This document shows, in pieces, positions 13,364 to 22,944 of a stretch of 64,000 bases of DNA. How positions within the stretch are numbered: position 1 is the stretch's first letter; every line of letters starts with the position of its first letter. A program made the position numbers and the translations under genes. Under the pieces are notes generated by a model. That model searched no databases. It saw only the letters and a list, made by a program, of their open reading frames with translations, and was not told the origin of the DNA. Origin of the DNA: Escherichia coli (lineage in GTDB: Bacteria; Pseudomonadota; Gammaproteobacteria; Enterobacterales; Enterobacteriaceae); NCBI RefSeq assembly GCF_017348835.2, contig NZ_CP071375.1. The stretch is one strand, 5' to 3'.

Positions 13364-13846
13364 ATGACGAAGAAAAAAGCACATAAACCTGGTTCAGCGA
13401 CCATCGCGCTTAACAAGCGCGCCCGTCACGAATACTTTATCGAAGAAGAGTTCGAAGCGGGACTTGCCCTGCAAGGCTGGGAAGTTAAATCCCTGCGCGC
13501 AGGAAAAGCCAATATCAGCGACAGCTACGTCCTTCTGCGTGACGGAGAGGCATTTCTGTTTGGCGCTAACATCACGCCAATGGCCGTGGCCTCCACGCAT
13601 GTGGTGTGCGATCCTACCCGTACCCGCAAGTTACTTCTCAACCAGCGCGAACTGGACTCATTGTACGGTCGCGTCAATCGAGAAGGCTATACCGTAGTGG
13701 CGCTCTCCCTGTACTGGAAAAATGCCTGGTGCAAAGTGAAAATCGGCGTCGCCAAAGGTAAGAAACAGCACGATAAACGTTCAGATATCAAAGAGCGCGA
13801 ATGGCAGGTGGATAAAGCGCGTATCATGAAAAACGCCCACCGTTAA
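13364..13846 (+). CDS. smpB: SsrA-binding protein SmpB
   Basis: 160 aa, [48 protein letters not shown]... Confidence 0.97.
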
Positions 13847-14060
13847 ACCTGCACTCCAATTATTGACCAGTTCCTCACCGCGCCTCCCTCTCCGGCGGCG
13901 CGAATGAACATCTTATTGGTTATCACATCCGACACAAATGTTGCCATTCCATTGCTTAATCGAATAAAAATCAGGCTACATGGGTGCTAAATCTTTAACG
14001 ATAACGCCATTGAGGCTGGTCATGGTGCTCATAAATCTGGTATACTTACCTTTACACATT

Positions 14061-14423
14061 GGGGCTGATTCTGGATTCGACGGGATTTGCGAAACCCAAG
14101 GTGCATGCCGAGGGGCGGTTGGCCTCGTAAAAAGCCGCAAAAAATAGTCGCAAACGACGAAAACTACGCTTTAGCAGCTTAATAACCTGCTTAGAGCCCT
14201 CTCTCCCTAGCCTCCGCTCTTAGGACGGGGATCAAGAGAGGTCAAACCCAAAAGAGATCGCGTGGAAGCCCTGCCTGGGGTTGAAGCGTTAAAACTTAAT
14301 CAGGCTAGTTTGTTAGTGGCGTGTCCGTCCGCAGCTGGCAAGCGAATGTAAAGACTGACTAAGCATGTAGTACCGAGGACGTAGGAATTTCGGACGCGGG
14401 TTCAACTCCCGCCAGCTCCACCA
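14061..14423 (+). ncRNA. ssrA: tmRNA (SsrA), 363 nt, ending in CCA
   Basis: Starts GGGGCTGATTCTGGATTCGACGGG, contains tag-reading-frame region and tRNA-like 3' end GGTTCAACTCCCGCCAGCTCCACCA. Confidence 0.97.
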
Positions 14424-14550
14424 ATCATGATTGGACGGTGTAAGGACAACACCAACAAAAACAGGAAGTTAGCAGTCTCAGCAGGACACCGACCAGACGG
14501 TGAGGAGACAAAAAAGGATACGCAAAGGAGCCGCGGCTCCTGGCGACATG

Positions 14551-14575
14551 AAAGCCCACAGATGTGGGCTTTTTC
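14551..14575 (+). terminator. Intrinsic terminator downstream of ssrA, just past the ypjA stop
   Basis: GCCCAC-AGAT-GTGGGC hairpin followed by TTTTT. Confidence 0.6.
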
Positions 14576-14583
14576 GTTGATGG

Positions 14584-17500
14584 TCAGAACGACCAGTTCA
14601 CACCAGCCACCGCGTTCCACGGGGATTCCACATCGGCACCGTTGCTATACCCCACCCCGAGATGCCCGCTTAACGTACTGCTGAATGAGGCTTTAATACC
14701 TGCCTGGTATATTCCACGTCTGCCCGACAAATCATTGACGAAATTACCGTCATTATTCACCTTCACCCGGTTATCATCGACAAATTCTTTGCGCACAGCC
14801 GCCTTCAGCCACGGCTCAACTTCCATACCGTTCCCCAGACGCATGTTGTAACTCAGCGTTGCACCCAGTTCACGATATATACTGCGGGTATCGACTGATT
14901 TCGATTCCATGCCATTGGATAAATGATATTCGGGGTTATCAGCGGTGAACCCCGTTAACGATGCATACGGCGTCAGGTTCCAGTTACCATCAGTAAATCG
15001 CATCCCGGTTTCAATGTGACCGCCCAGCCCGTTGCTGTGGTAACTGCCATTGGCGGCTCCACCGCTGCTCATTTTACCGGCTACGTTACTTTCAAAACGG
15101 TTCAGCTTCACGACACCGTCCAGATAGAAACCACTTTCATGTTCCCAACTGGCATAGCCGCCCAGAGAATAACTGCCCACACTGCCATGTCCTCCGCGAT
15201 CAAAACCGATATGTGAATGGGAATAACCCATAAAAGCGCCCAGCGTCGCAATCCCCTCAGGAATATCATTACGGCTGTCGATCCCCACTGTCATTCCGGT
15301 CAGCGTCTGCTCAAACCCGGCCCCCGCATCGGTGGTGACATTATTACGGGTGTTATACGTCGCCCCCCAGACATTATTGTTGTGTGAACTCGCTTTCATT
15401 ATGTTCAACCGCTCGCGAATACTGTTTAGCTCAGCATCAAATACCAACGGTAATGTTGCTGCCATATTGAGTACGGCTGCGGTAGAAGGCGTGATGCGTT
15501 TCTCCGGAACGGGTGTCGGCGTTGGCTCGGGAGTCGGGTCTGGTTTCGGATCCGGTTTTGGGTCTGGTTTTGGATCCGGCTTCGGATTTGGGTTGGGATT
15601 TGGGTTGGGATCCGGGTTGGGTTTGACATCATTGGTCAGGTTCCAGTTGCTGTTGCCATCGCTTTTCAGGACATACTCATAGGTCCCAAGATCAACGAAA
15701 CCGCCAGTATTGCCCAGCGAAAACGAAGCATCCCCTCCCCCTGTTTTCACCAGCGTCATCGCGTCGTCAGACTGAGGACTGACGCCGGTATCCTGAACAA
15801 AGATTTTAAAATTACCAGTGGCGTTGTTGCTGACGACCAGTTGATCACCGCGGGAGCCAGCAACGTTGGTATGCAGGTAGAAATTACCGCTACCGGAAAG
15901 TTCATTGGTTGTCAGCGTATTGTAGATACCGTTAGTTGTGGCAGGCGCTGCTGTTTGTGCTGATAAATAAACATCACCGTCGTTGAGTAGCAAACTGTTT
16001 ACTCTATATTCGCAGTTGCTGGTACCTGCACAGGAATTATTGCTGTTAAGCCAGACACTGCCCCGGCTGGCAGCCATCAGGTCGGCAAGCGTTGTATCGA
16101 CGCCATTTCCCAGAGTTAATGCCGCGCTATCGGTAATCCGGACCGCCCCTACGAGTTTAACTGGCGTAACATTATCCCGTGGCGTCATTAACGACAGGCT
16201 TCCTGTCGCGCCACTGACCGATGCATCCGCCAGCGTACCTGCGTAGACGATTGCCGTACCGCCAGCGACCTGGAGATCTTCTGCCCGGGCCAGAGCCTGA
16301 AACTCATCTTTTGACCGCCCAAGGGTATATTGCCCGCCAGAGTTAACCTTTGTAGCGGAGTCCTGACCCAGGTTTTGCATTGCACCACCCTTGCCAACCG
16401 TGGAGTAGCGAGCTTCGGTACCTGCTAATACCAATAAATTACCACCATTTTCCAGCAACATATTGGTCGCTAAATTTCCGGCAATGGAAAAGGTGCCGTA
16501 CTGGTGAGTACCGCTGATTTCAATACCGTTAGCTGTGCTCGTCTGGAGAGCGGCACCGCTGTTCTGGACGATATCTGTCGCTTTGCCATTATCATTGACT
16601 GTCAGCGTACCGCCTTCATTTATCGTTGTTTTTATTGCCTCACCGTTAGCCGAAACTGTTTGTATTCCGCCGTCGTTAATCGTTGTCTCATTCGCCACAC
16701 CCTCGACGATTTGTTCGCCGCCGGTGAGCGTCGTGCCTGTCGCAGTGGCTTTTATTTTGACGATCTCCCGTCCGCCCGTATTGACCTGTGTTTTGGCGGA
16801 AGTGGTGTCTGACTCCACGGTTAACACGCCGCCATTTGCCAGCAGGATATTGTTCGCCGCATCCTGCTCGATGCTGAACACGACGCCATCTGCGCGTGTC
16901 CCTGTGACACGCGTCGCCTTGGTGGTTGCAACCAACGCGCCCTGGCTACTCTGCTGTATCCCCGTTGCGCTGCCTTTCTCCCGCACATCGAGTGTGCCGC
17001 CGTCATTAAGCACCGAGTTTTCAGCCAGACCGCCCTCATTAACTACCTGTGAACCGCCATTAATAATGGAACCTTCCGCTGTCCCGTTTGCCATAATTTG
17101 TTGTAGGCCAGAGACGATATCGGTGTTGATTGCCTTACCATAACTCTGAACGGTTTGCGTGCCACCATTGATGTGTGTTTTATCTGTTGACCCACCATCA
17201 ACAATTTGTTCACCACTTTCGAAATTTGCCTCAGTGGCTAAACCATATACCGTTTGCTTGCCACCTTTGATATTTGCTTTATCAGAAGTGGCACTGGCAT
17301 ATATTGTTTGGGTGCCCGCACTATTAAGTACAGTGCCAACATCTTTTCCATAAACATCCATTTTGCCGTTGACATTAATAATCGTATCAACTGCCCGGGA
17401 ACCAGTGACGACTGTTAATGAGCCAGCGTTTTCCAGCACTACATTTTTAGCTTCTGAATTCCTGATGTAGAAAGCATCACCATAACTGTTGGTTCCTTCG

Positions 17501-19170
17501 ATAAGTGTTCCGGAAGTCGTGGAAGCAATTAATGCGCCGCCGGATTGTTGCTCAACATGCTTAGCCTCACCACCGTCCTGAACCTCCAGAACGCCGCCAT
17601 GATTAAGTCTGGTGGTATCTGTTTTGGCCTCCTTCTGGACAATCAGCTTACCGCCAGCATCAATGGTAGTATTTTTCGCCGAGGTTTTAGCCACTACCGT
17701 CAATTCGCCGGTATTTTCCAGCACAACATAATTAGCCTCCCCTCCGGTAATAGTGAAGTGAGAGAGCTTGTTGTATCCTTCGATATCAGTCCCTGCGCCC
17801 GTGTTGGCAACTAAAGCACTGCCCGTCTCCTGGTTAACCCCATGTGCAATACCGCCGGTATAGACAATCAGCGAGCCTCCGGCGCTAATATTGCTGCCAG
17901 TTGCCGTACCATCTTTCTCAACAACCTGGCGGCTCCCAGAGGAGATATTCGTCGTGTCAGCTTTCCCGCCGCTCTTGATATTTTGCGTTCCACTGTTGAT
18001 ATTGGTGCCCGTGGCAATACCATGATTATTAATATTCTGTGTGCCACCATTAATTATGGTATTTGTCGCGTTTCCGGCAACATCCATAACCCCGCCATTA
18101 TCTATTCGGGTAGCATCAGCTTTAGCATTCGTTAAAACTGACATTGTTCCTTTATCTTTAATAATCGTCTTGTTTGCCGAACCATATGCGTTTATGTCTA
18201 AATGACCACCGTGTTCCAGCAACACATTGTCTGCAACGTGATTGTGGATGGAGAATGCCCCTTCACTATTCGTACCGCTCACCGTCGTACCGTTAGTGTT
18301 TGTTTTTAAAATTGCACCATCGTGCTGGGTAACATTTGTTGCCGTACCACCACTAACATCAAGCACGCCACCGGAATAAACTTCAATAACATCCGAGGTG
18401 CTGGTGTTATCAACAATTTGCGTGCCACCAGCATAGATCTGCGTATTTTTTGCCGTTGACTTACTATTCAGAGACTGAGTTCCGCCTTCAATCGTGTTGT
18501 TCAGCGCACGGCTCTCATATACTCTTTGCTCACCGCCATTTTTAATGGTGGTTGTTTCTACTGTGCTCTGTTCAACATACTGTCGACCACCATTTATGGT
18601 TGTGTTCGTTGCCAGACTTCCTTGCGTGATGTCCTGAGAGCCAGACTTATTTATCGTTGTACTGTCGACATGCCCCTGAGTTGTTACTCGTTGGCTGCCA
18701 CCATCAATGATTGTTCCATTCGCAGTCCCCCCACTTATGTGTGAATTACCCCCCTTAATTGTCGTTCCATTGCTGATACCACCTGTATAAACGTCCTGAT
18801 TGCCACTCTCGATTATTGTACCTGTGGAAATACCCCCGTCATGAATTGTCTGTCTGCCCCCGTTAATGGTTGTATTATTAGACTGCCCCACATAATTGTT
18901 ATGCCTTGCTACATCTTGATATCCACCAGATTCAATAAGACTTCCATTAGATATCCCACCATAAACATTCTGCTGGCCATGGTTGATAATATGAGTGTTA
19001 TTTGTTGTACCTCGTTCATCTACTCTTTGGGTGCCATCTACAGTCTCATCGTTTACCACACCAATAACATCAGGAGTGAAGGCCGCCATCCCGGGCGGGG
19101 CATATATCAAGGCAGATATCAATAAGGAAAGTACTGAGCGGCGACAATAATGGGGACTGGTCCTGTTCAT
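14584..19170 (-). CDS. ypjA: Large autotransporter adhesin-like protein (YpjA family): signal peptide, long repetitive passenger, Pro-rich linker, C-terminal beta-barrel
   Basis: ORF 14584-19299; start placed at MNRTSPHYCRRSVLSLLISALIYAPPGMAAF (signal peptide) giving about 1528 aa; passenger built of about 19-aa Gly/Thr/Asn-rich repeats; barrel ends ...NWSF. Confidence 0.85.
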   Translation of the reverse strand: MNRTSPHYCRRSVLSLLISALIYAPPGMAAFTPDVIGVVNDETVDGTQRVDERGTTNNTHIINHGQQNVYGGISNGSLIESGGYQDVARHNNYVGQSNNTTINGGRQTIHDGGISTGTIIESGNQDVYTGGISNGTTIKGGNSHISGGTANGTIIDGGSQRVTTQGHVDSTTINKSGSQDITQGSLATNTTINGGRQYVEQSTVETTTIKNGGEQRVYESRALNNTIEGGTQSLNSKSTAKNTQIYAGGTQIVDNTSTSDVIEVYSGGVLDVSGGTATNVTQHDGAILKTNTNGTTVSGTNSEGAFSIHNHVADNVLLEHGGHLDINAYGSANKTIIKDKGTMSVLTNAKADATRIDNGGVMDVAGNATNTIINGGTQNINNHGIATGTNINSGTQNIKSGGKADTTNISSGSRQVVEKDGTATGSNISAGGSLIVYTGGIAHGVNQETGSALVANTGAGTDIEGYNKLSHFTITGGEANYVVLENTGELTVVAKTSAKNTTIDAGGKLIVQKEAKTDTTRLNHGGVLEVQDGGEAKHVEQQSGGALIASTTSGTLIEGTNSYGDAFYIRNSEAKNVVLENAGSLTVVTGSRAVDTIINVNGKMDVYGKDVGTVLNSAGTQTIYASATSDKANIKGGKQTVYGLATEANFESGEQIVDGGSTDKTHINGGTQTVQSYGKAINTDIVSGLQQIMANGTAEGSIINGGSQVVNEGGLAENSVLNDGGTLDVREKGSATGIQQSSQGALVATTKATRVTGTRADGVVFSIEQDAANNILLANGGVLTVESDTTSAKTQVNTGGREIVKIKATATGTTLTGGEQIVEGVANETTINDGGIQTVSANGEAIKTTINEGGTLTVNDNGKATDIVQNSGAALQTSTANGIEISGTHQYGTFSIAGNLATNMLLENGGNLLVLAGTEARYSTVGKGGAMQNLGQDSATKVNSGGQYTLGRSKDEFQALARAEDLQVAGGTAIVYAGTLADASVSGATGSLSLMTPRDNVTPVKLVGAVRITDSAALTLGNGVDTTLADLMAASRGSVWLNSNNSCAGTSNCEYRVNSLLLNDGDVYLSAQTAAPATTNGIYNTLTTNELSGSGNFYLHTNVAGSRGDQLVVSNNATGNFKIFVQDTGVSPQSDDAMTLVKTGGGDASFSLGNTGGFVDLGTYEYVLKSDGNSNWNLTNDVKPNPDPNPNPNPNPKPDPKPDPKPDPKPDPTPEPTPTPVPEKRITPSTAAVLNMAATLPLVFDAELNSIRERLNIMKASSHNNNVWGATYNTRNNVTTDAGAGFEQTLTGMTVGIDSRNDIPEGIATLGAFMGYSHSHIGFDRGGHGSVGSYSLGGYASWEHESGFYLDGVVKLNRFESNVAGKMSSGGAANGSYHSNGLGGHIETGMRFTDGNWNLTPYASLTGFTADNPEYHLSNGMESKSVDTRSIYRELGATLSYNMRLGNGMEVEPWLKAAVRKEFVDDNRVKVNNDGNFVNDLSGRRGIYQAGIKASFSSTLSGHLGVGYSNGADVESPWNAVAGVNWSF
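15527..15631 (-). repeat. In-frame tandem hexanucleotide repeat tract inside ypjA encoding a (Pro-Asn/Asp/Lys)n linker
   Basis: DNA shows repeating ggatccggttttgggtctggtttt... units; translation PNPDPNPNPNPKPDPKPDPKPDPKPDPTPEPTPTP. Confidence 0.75.
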
Positions 19171-19552
19171 AAATTTCATCCTCTGAAAAGTGAATACTGA
19201 GTAGCGTTTAAGCAACCTTAGCTCTGCTGCAACATCAGCCCACAGGCACCAGACCAGGGGATTCATCCTGAAGAGACAGCGCAAGTGTATTGTGTTCACC
19301 GCTCATCAAAGACATCATGATGAAATGATGATATTCCGCATAAGAATGAGTCATTTTTTAAACGCAGTGCGCTGAAGTGTGGTTGGATAAAAAAGTCAAT
19401 CTATTCAGGAAACACGGGCGTATTCTTTTCTTTCGACATTCAGGCAGTCGGCAAAATAAAATGATTTACATAATCGTTTCTGATGAATATCTTCTGCTCA
19501 CATAAAAATCACACAATAACTTTGATATCGCAGATTGTTTTACTTCTACAGC

Positions 19553-19745
19553 ATTCGTCCCCCCATTGTTGGGGAAATATAGATTGGGCCAGAGCTCGAA
19601 AGTTAATACCACGTTTGCACAACTCCTCCAACAGCACGACAAGATGCCACATACTGCGCACCAGTCGGTTCAGTTTACAGACTAGCAGTGCGTACCCTGC
19701 CGATAATGTCCTGAGCAGTTTTTTCAGTCCGGACCTCCTGCCACG
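19553..19745 (-). pseudogene. pinH: Internal fragment of a Pin/Hin/Gin-family serine DNA invertase (remnant, no start, no catalytic N-terminus, no HTH)
   Basis: Minus-strand translation RRSGLKKLLRTLSAGYALLVCKLNRLVRSMWHLVVLLEELCKRGINFRALAQSI aligns with the invertase core ...[45 protein letters not shown]; flanked by stop codons. Confidence 0.6.
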
Positions 19746-20104
19746 GTTTTACGTTGAAGAGGTAACCCTGAGCACGCAGTTCTTCAGTCAGGCGTGGTGC
19801 ACCGTAACGCTGTTATTGCTGGGTAAGATCAAAAAACTTTCAGGCAGCTAAGGAAAGTTGAACCAGACATTAGATGAAATATTTCAACCAATTACAGCAC
19901 TAATTCAACACCGCCAGATCGCCAAATAAATCAAGGGGTTACGTGAAAGTGCAGCCCCTTTTTCTTTGGTAGTGACAGCAAAATGGATGTAGTGTGAAGA
20001 ATAATCCCGTTTAATCAATCAATAATACATATTGTTTCAATCTACGTTATTATCTCTTTGTAAAAATTGCCATTTATTCATCATTGAAAACTGCTTTTAG
20101 AACT

Positions 20105-21559
20105 TTATACAATAGAACTATTCACAACAGGACTATTCTCAACAGGATCATCCTCAGAGGAACTATCATCAAAGTCATCATCCATAAATAAAATATCATC
20201 GAATGGTGCCACGCCCGTGATTAGTTTTATTTTATTATTACGATCAGACAAGACTCCATTTAAACCGTTTTCGCTGACGGATTTTAATAATTTCTCATAA
20301 CTCTTATTGTCATCAGGCACATTAAAAATACACGGTGCATCAACATCAAACAATGAAGTTCTCCAATTCACATTTTTAATATCATAGTTACGGAAGTTCT
20401 GTCCAGAAAAGAAGCATCCCTTAAAATCCAACCCACCTAAATTATATAAACCACCCTCTCCTTTTTGTAGAGTAATATTAATTCTGGCTATCTCCCGGAC
20501 AAAACTTCCTTTTTTATATTTGAATACCGTTTCAAGATTTTCCCCAGACAGCTTGACTTCTGGGAATAATTTGAAATTAAACCCTACATCATTATTATTC
20601 AAAGTAGATGAACGGAAGATGGAAAAAGCTTGCAGCGCTGAATTATAGCTTTCGATTTTATCTTGAGGCTGCGCTCTTGGTAAAAATATATAGCAGCACT
20701 CATAAAAATTGAATAAACGTTCTGATGAATTTCCATTTTTATCAAATAATATCCCCCGGAACTCCTTCACAAAGGCATCCGTTATTTTTTGAATATCTAT
20801 GGTGTGTTCCTTTGACTCTGACAAAGATGGAGCCTGTTGAAGTGCATTGCTCATCTGGTTAAGGAACATCTGCATTTCTTTCAATTTATCTCCATAGTGG
20901 CCTTTAACTTGCTGAGAGTTTTTAGTTACAGGTGAAACCTTATCTATTTGGTTGTCATATAAATTACGTGGTTCCATAGAGACATTTGGTTGCGTTTCTA
21001 AAATAACACTACGCGTACTACCTGGCTTTAATGAATCAACATGAAACTCACTTTTTCTTATATTGCCGAATAGGGTCTGTTCATCTCTCTTAGCGGATTG
21101 AAAAAAATGATCAACATTATTTTTATTCGATGACAGGTCAGTTTCAGAAACCGCATTTTCTTTGTTCTCCAGCTTTAGTTTAATGAGAAGATCTTCCCAG
21201 ACCTGCTTGCTTAAACATACTACGTCAGGCTCACCATCAGTAACTAACTCTTCATTATTATCAAAGTATACGTTGAATACTTTTAAGTTATTTTCATCAA
21301 CATCATATTTAATACGTTTTAATTGCTCTCCAGATCCCATAATGACAAAGGCGTTGCCTTCATGATATATACATTCAGACATCATTTTTTGTAAAGTTTC
21401 AAGAGCACCGCGATACGTCGCTGAGGCAGCTTCCTTACAAATTAATTTTATAATACTATGAGCTAGTAGCTCCATGGGGTTGGAAGAATTGTTTCCATTA
21501 CAATTCCTGCTAGCAAAAAATGCGCTAGTGTTAAGTTCGTTGCTTTTACTAACTAACAT
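20105..21559 (-). CDS. Hypothetical 484-aa protein of unknown function (probably the YpjC family), low-GC gene with C-terminal pentapeptide-like repeats and acidic tail
   Basis: Long ORF in very AT-rich DNA; residues about 395-430 read LDFKG-CFFSG-QNFRN-YDIKN-VNWRT-SLFDV (x-D/N-hydrophobic-x-x periodicity); C-terminus DDDFDDSSSEDDPVENS; no signal peptide or TM evident. Confidence 0.6.
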   Translation of the reverse strand: MLVSKSNELNTSAFFASRNCNGNNSSNPMELLAHSIIKLICKEAASATYRGALETLQKMMSECIYHEGNAFVIMGSGEQLKRIKYDVDENNLKVFNVYFDNNEELVTDGEPDVVCLSKQVWEDLLIKLKLENKENAVSETDLSSNKNNVDHFFQSAKRDEQTLFGNIRKSEFHVDSLKPGSTRSVILETQPNVSMEPRNLYDNQIDKVSPVTKNSQQVKGHYGDKLKEMQMFLNQMSNALQQAPSLSESKEHTIDIQKITDAFVKEFRGILFDKNGNSSERLFNFYECCYIFLPRAQPQDKIESYNSALQAFSIFRSSTLNNNDVGFNFKLFPEVKLSGENLETVFKYKKGSFVREIARINITLQKGEGGLYNLGGLDFKGCFFSGQNFRNYDIKNVNWRTSLFDVDAPCIFNVPDDNKSYEKLLKSVSENGLNGVLSDRNNKIKLITGVAPFDDILFMDDDFDDSSSEDDPVENSPVVNSSIV

Positions 21560-22073
21560 TGTCTATTCCTCAATTAATGTCTACATGGCTATTTTTAATG
21601 TTATTACTGTTTGTCACTATAAAAATCGCTCATTTGAGACAATTGCTGACATTAACTGTTTCACATGCTACGCATGGAACTTTTAATTAAATTAGCACAG
21701 GAATGTTAAATTTAATAAACAAAAGGTTATTTCGCTGTATGATAAAAACCACCCGTTATAATTTATTAGTGAAATTCGTTTTTCGAGTGTTAGAAATTTA
21801 TATCTAAATAGCGTTGATTAATGAGAAATGCCAGACTCCTGTAACGCTCATAAGACTCATCTGCCTGCGACGGGTGTTCTGGTCAGTAGTAGATGTTTAA
21901 GGCGTGCCAGAGACATTTCATACTTACTCTACGGCATTGTTCTACATACATTGGTTGTGGTACTCACTCATCATCAGTGAGCGAACAGAGAATAGTTCAG
22001 TGATTTGAGTAATTAACCTGATTAAATGAAGGGGTATAATAAATGATAATACTCTGGCTTTATCGTTAATTAC

Positions 22074-22300
22074 TTAATTCCACATGTAAGCAATTTGCCC
22101 GCTTGGCATAGCGAGCATTTTTTCCAGGTACTTTTGAATGAGTACTGATGGATAAATACATTGCAGTGGCGTGCCACGTACCAAAACACCAGCCCTCATT
22201 CGAAACCACCCACCGCACTTCTTCCTTGAAATGGCGTTAGTCATGAAATATAGACCGCCATCGAGTACCCCTTGTACCCTTAACTCTTCCTGATACATGA
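22074..22300 (-). pseudogene. Possible degraded N-terminal stub of a P4-family tyrosine integrase immediately 3' of ileY
   Basis: Minus-strand translation ...VLDGGLYFMTNAISRKKCGGWFRMRAG... resembles the integrase N-terminal motif ...LADGGGLYL...GSKYWRMKYR...; short, stops at 22074; weak similarity. Confidence 0.35.
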
Positions 22301-22308
22301 ATGATGAT

Positions 22309-22384
22309 TTGGTGGCCCTTGCTGGACTTGAACCAGCGACCAGGCGATTATGAGTCGCCTGCTCTAACCACTGAGCTAAAGGGC
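22309..22384 (-). tRNA. ileY: tRNA-Ile (anticodon CAU, lysidine-modified, AUA-reading)
   Basis: Minus strand reads GGCCCTTTAGCTCAGTGG...CGACTCATAATCG...GGTTCAAGTCCAGCAAGGGCCACCA; cloverleaf with CAT anticodon. Confidence 0.92.
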
Positions 22385-22944
22385 CTTGAGTGTGCAATAA
22401 CAATACTTATAAACCACGCAATAAACATGATGATCATATGATGTAAATAACAGATTTTTATGCGTTCTCATTCATCCTTGCTCGTCATTACACGCGACAT
22501 AAAACCCGACACCGCCTCTATTCGCAAAGTCGATACTCGCAGTCAACAAGCAAATGTTAATAATTAACACTATCTATAGTTATCATCGATTCAATGATAC
22601 TTTGTAATGATTTTGTATCTAATAATATAACTTTATTACATTAGCTGAAGAGTTTTCGCATCATTATGATATCTGTTACTTTTCACGCCATAAAAATAAA
22701 CTTCATATAGCAATATATTCTTTCATAGATCTTATTCTGCTAATCATTAGTTTCGTATGAGCGATTTTTGACAGTTGCCTCTCCAGACCACATCGATAAT
22801 TAAAAAAACAGATTTAAGCATTATCCTTTTCCATATAAATATTGGATAAAAGTAGGACATCTGTTTGCAATTACTTTCACAACAATTAAACATTTTTATG
22901 TTTCCATATACACCATATTACTCTACCATTAGAGGAACTTTATT

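Noticed and set aside
16535-17143. 202-aa plus-strand ORF inside ypjA
   Set aside because: Antisense to the repetitive autotransporter passenger; the open frame is a by-product of repetitive sequence.
19483-19851. 122-aa plus-strand ORF between ypjA and the 484-aa gene
   Set aside because: It is the antisense of the pin-like invertase fragment; the minus strand carries the recognisable homology.
22074-22403. 109-aa minus-strand ORF overlapping ileY
   Set aside because: As a gene it is spurious because it reads through the tRNA; only the part downstream of the tRNA is kept, as a possible integrase stub at low confidence.
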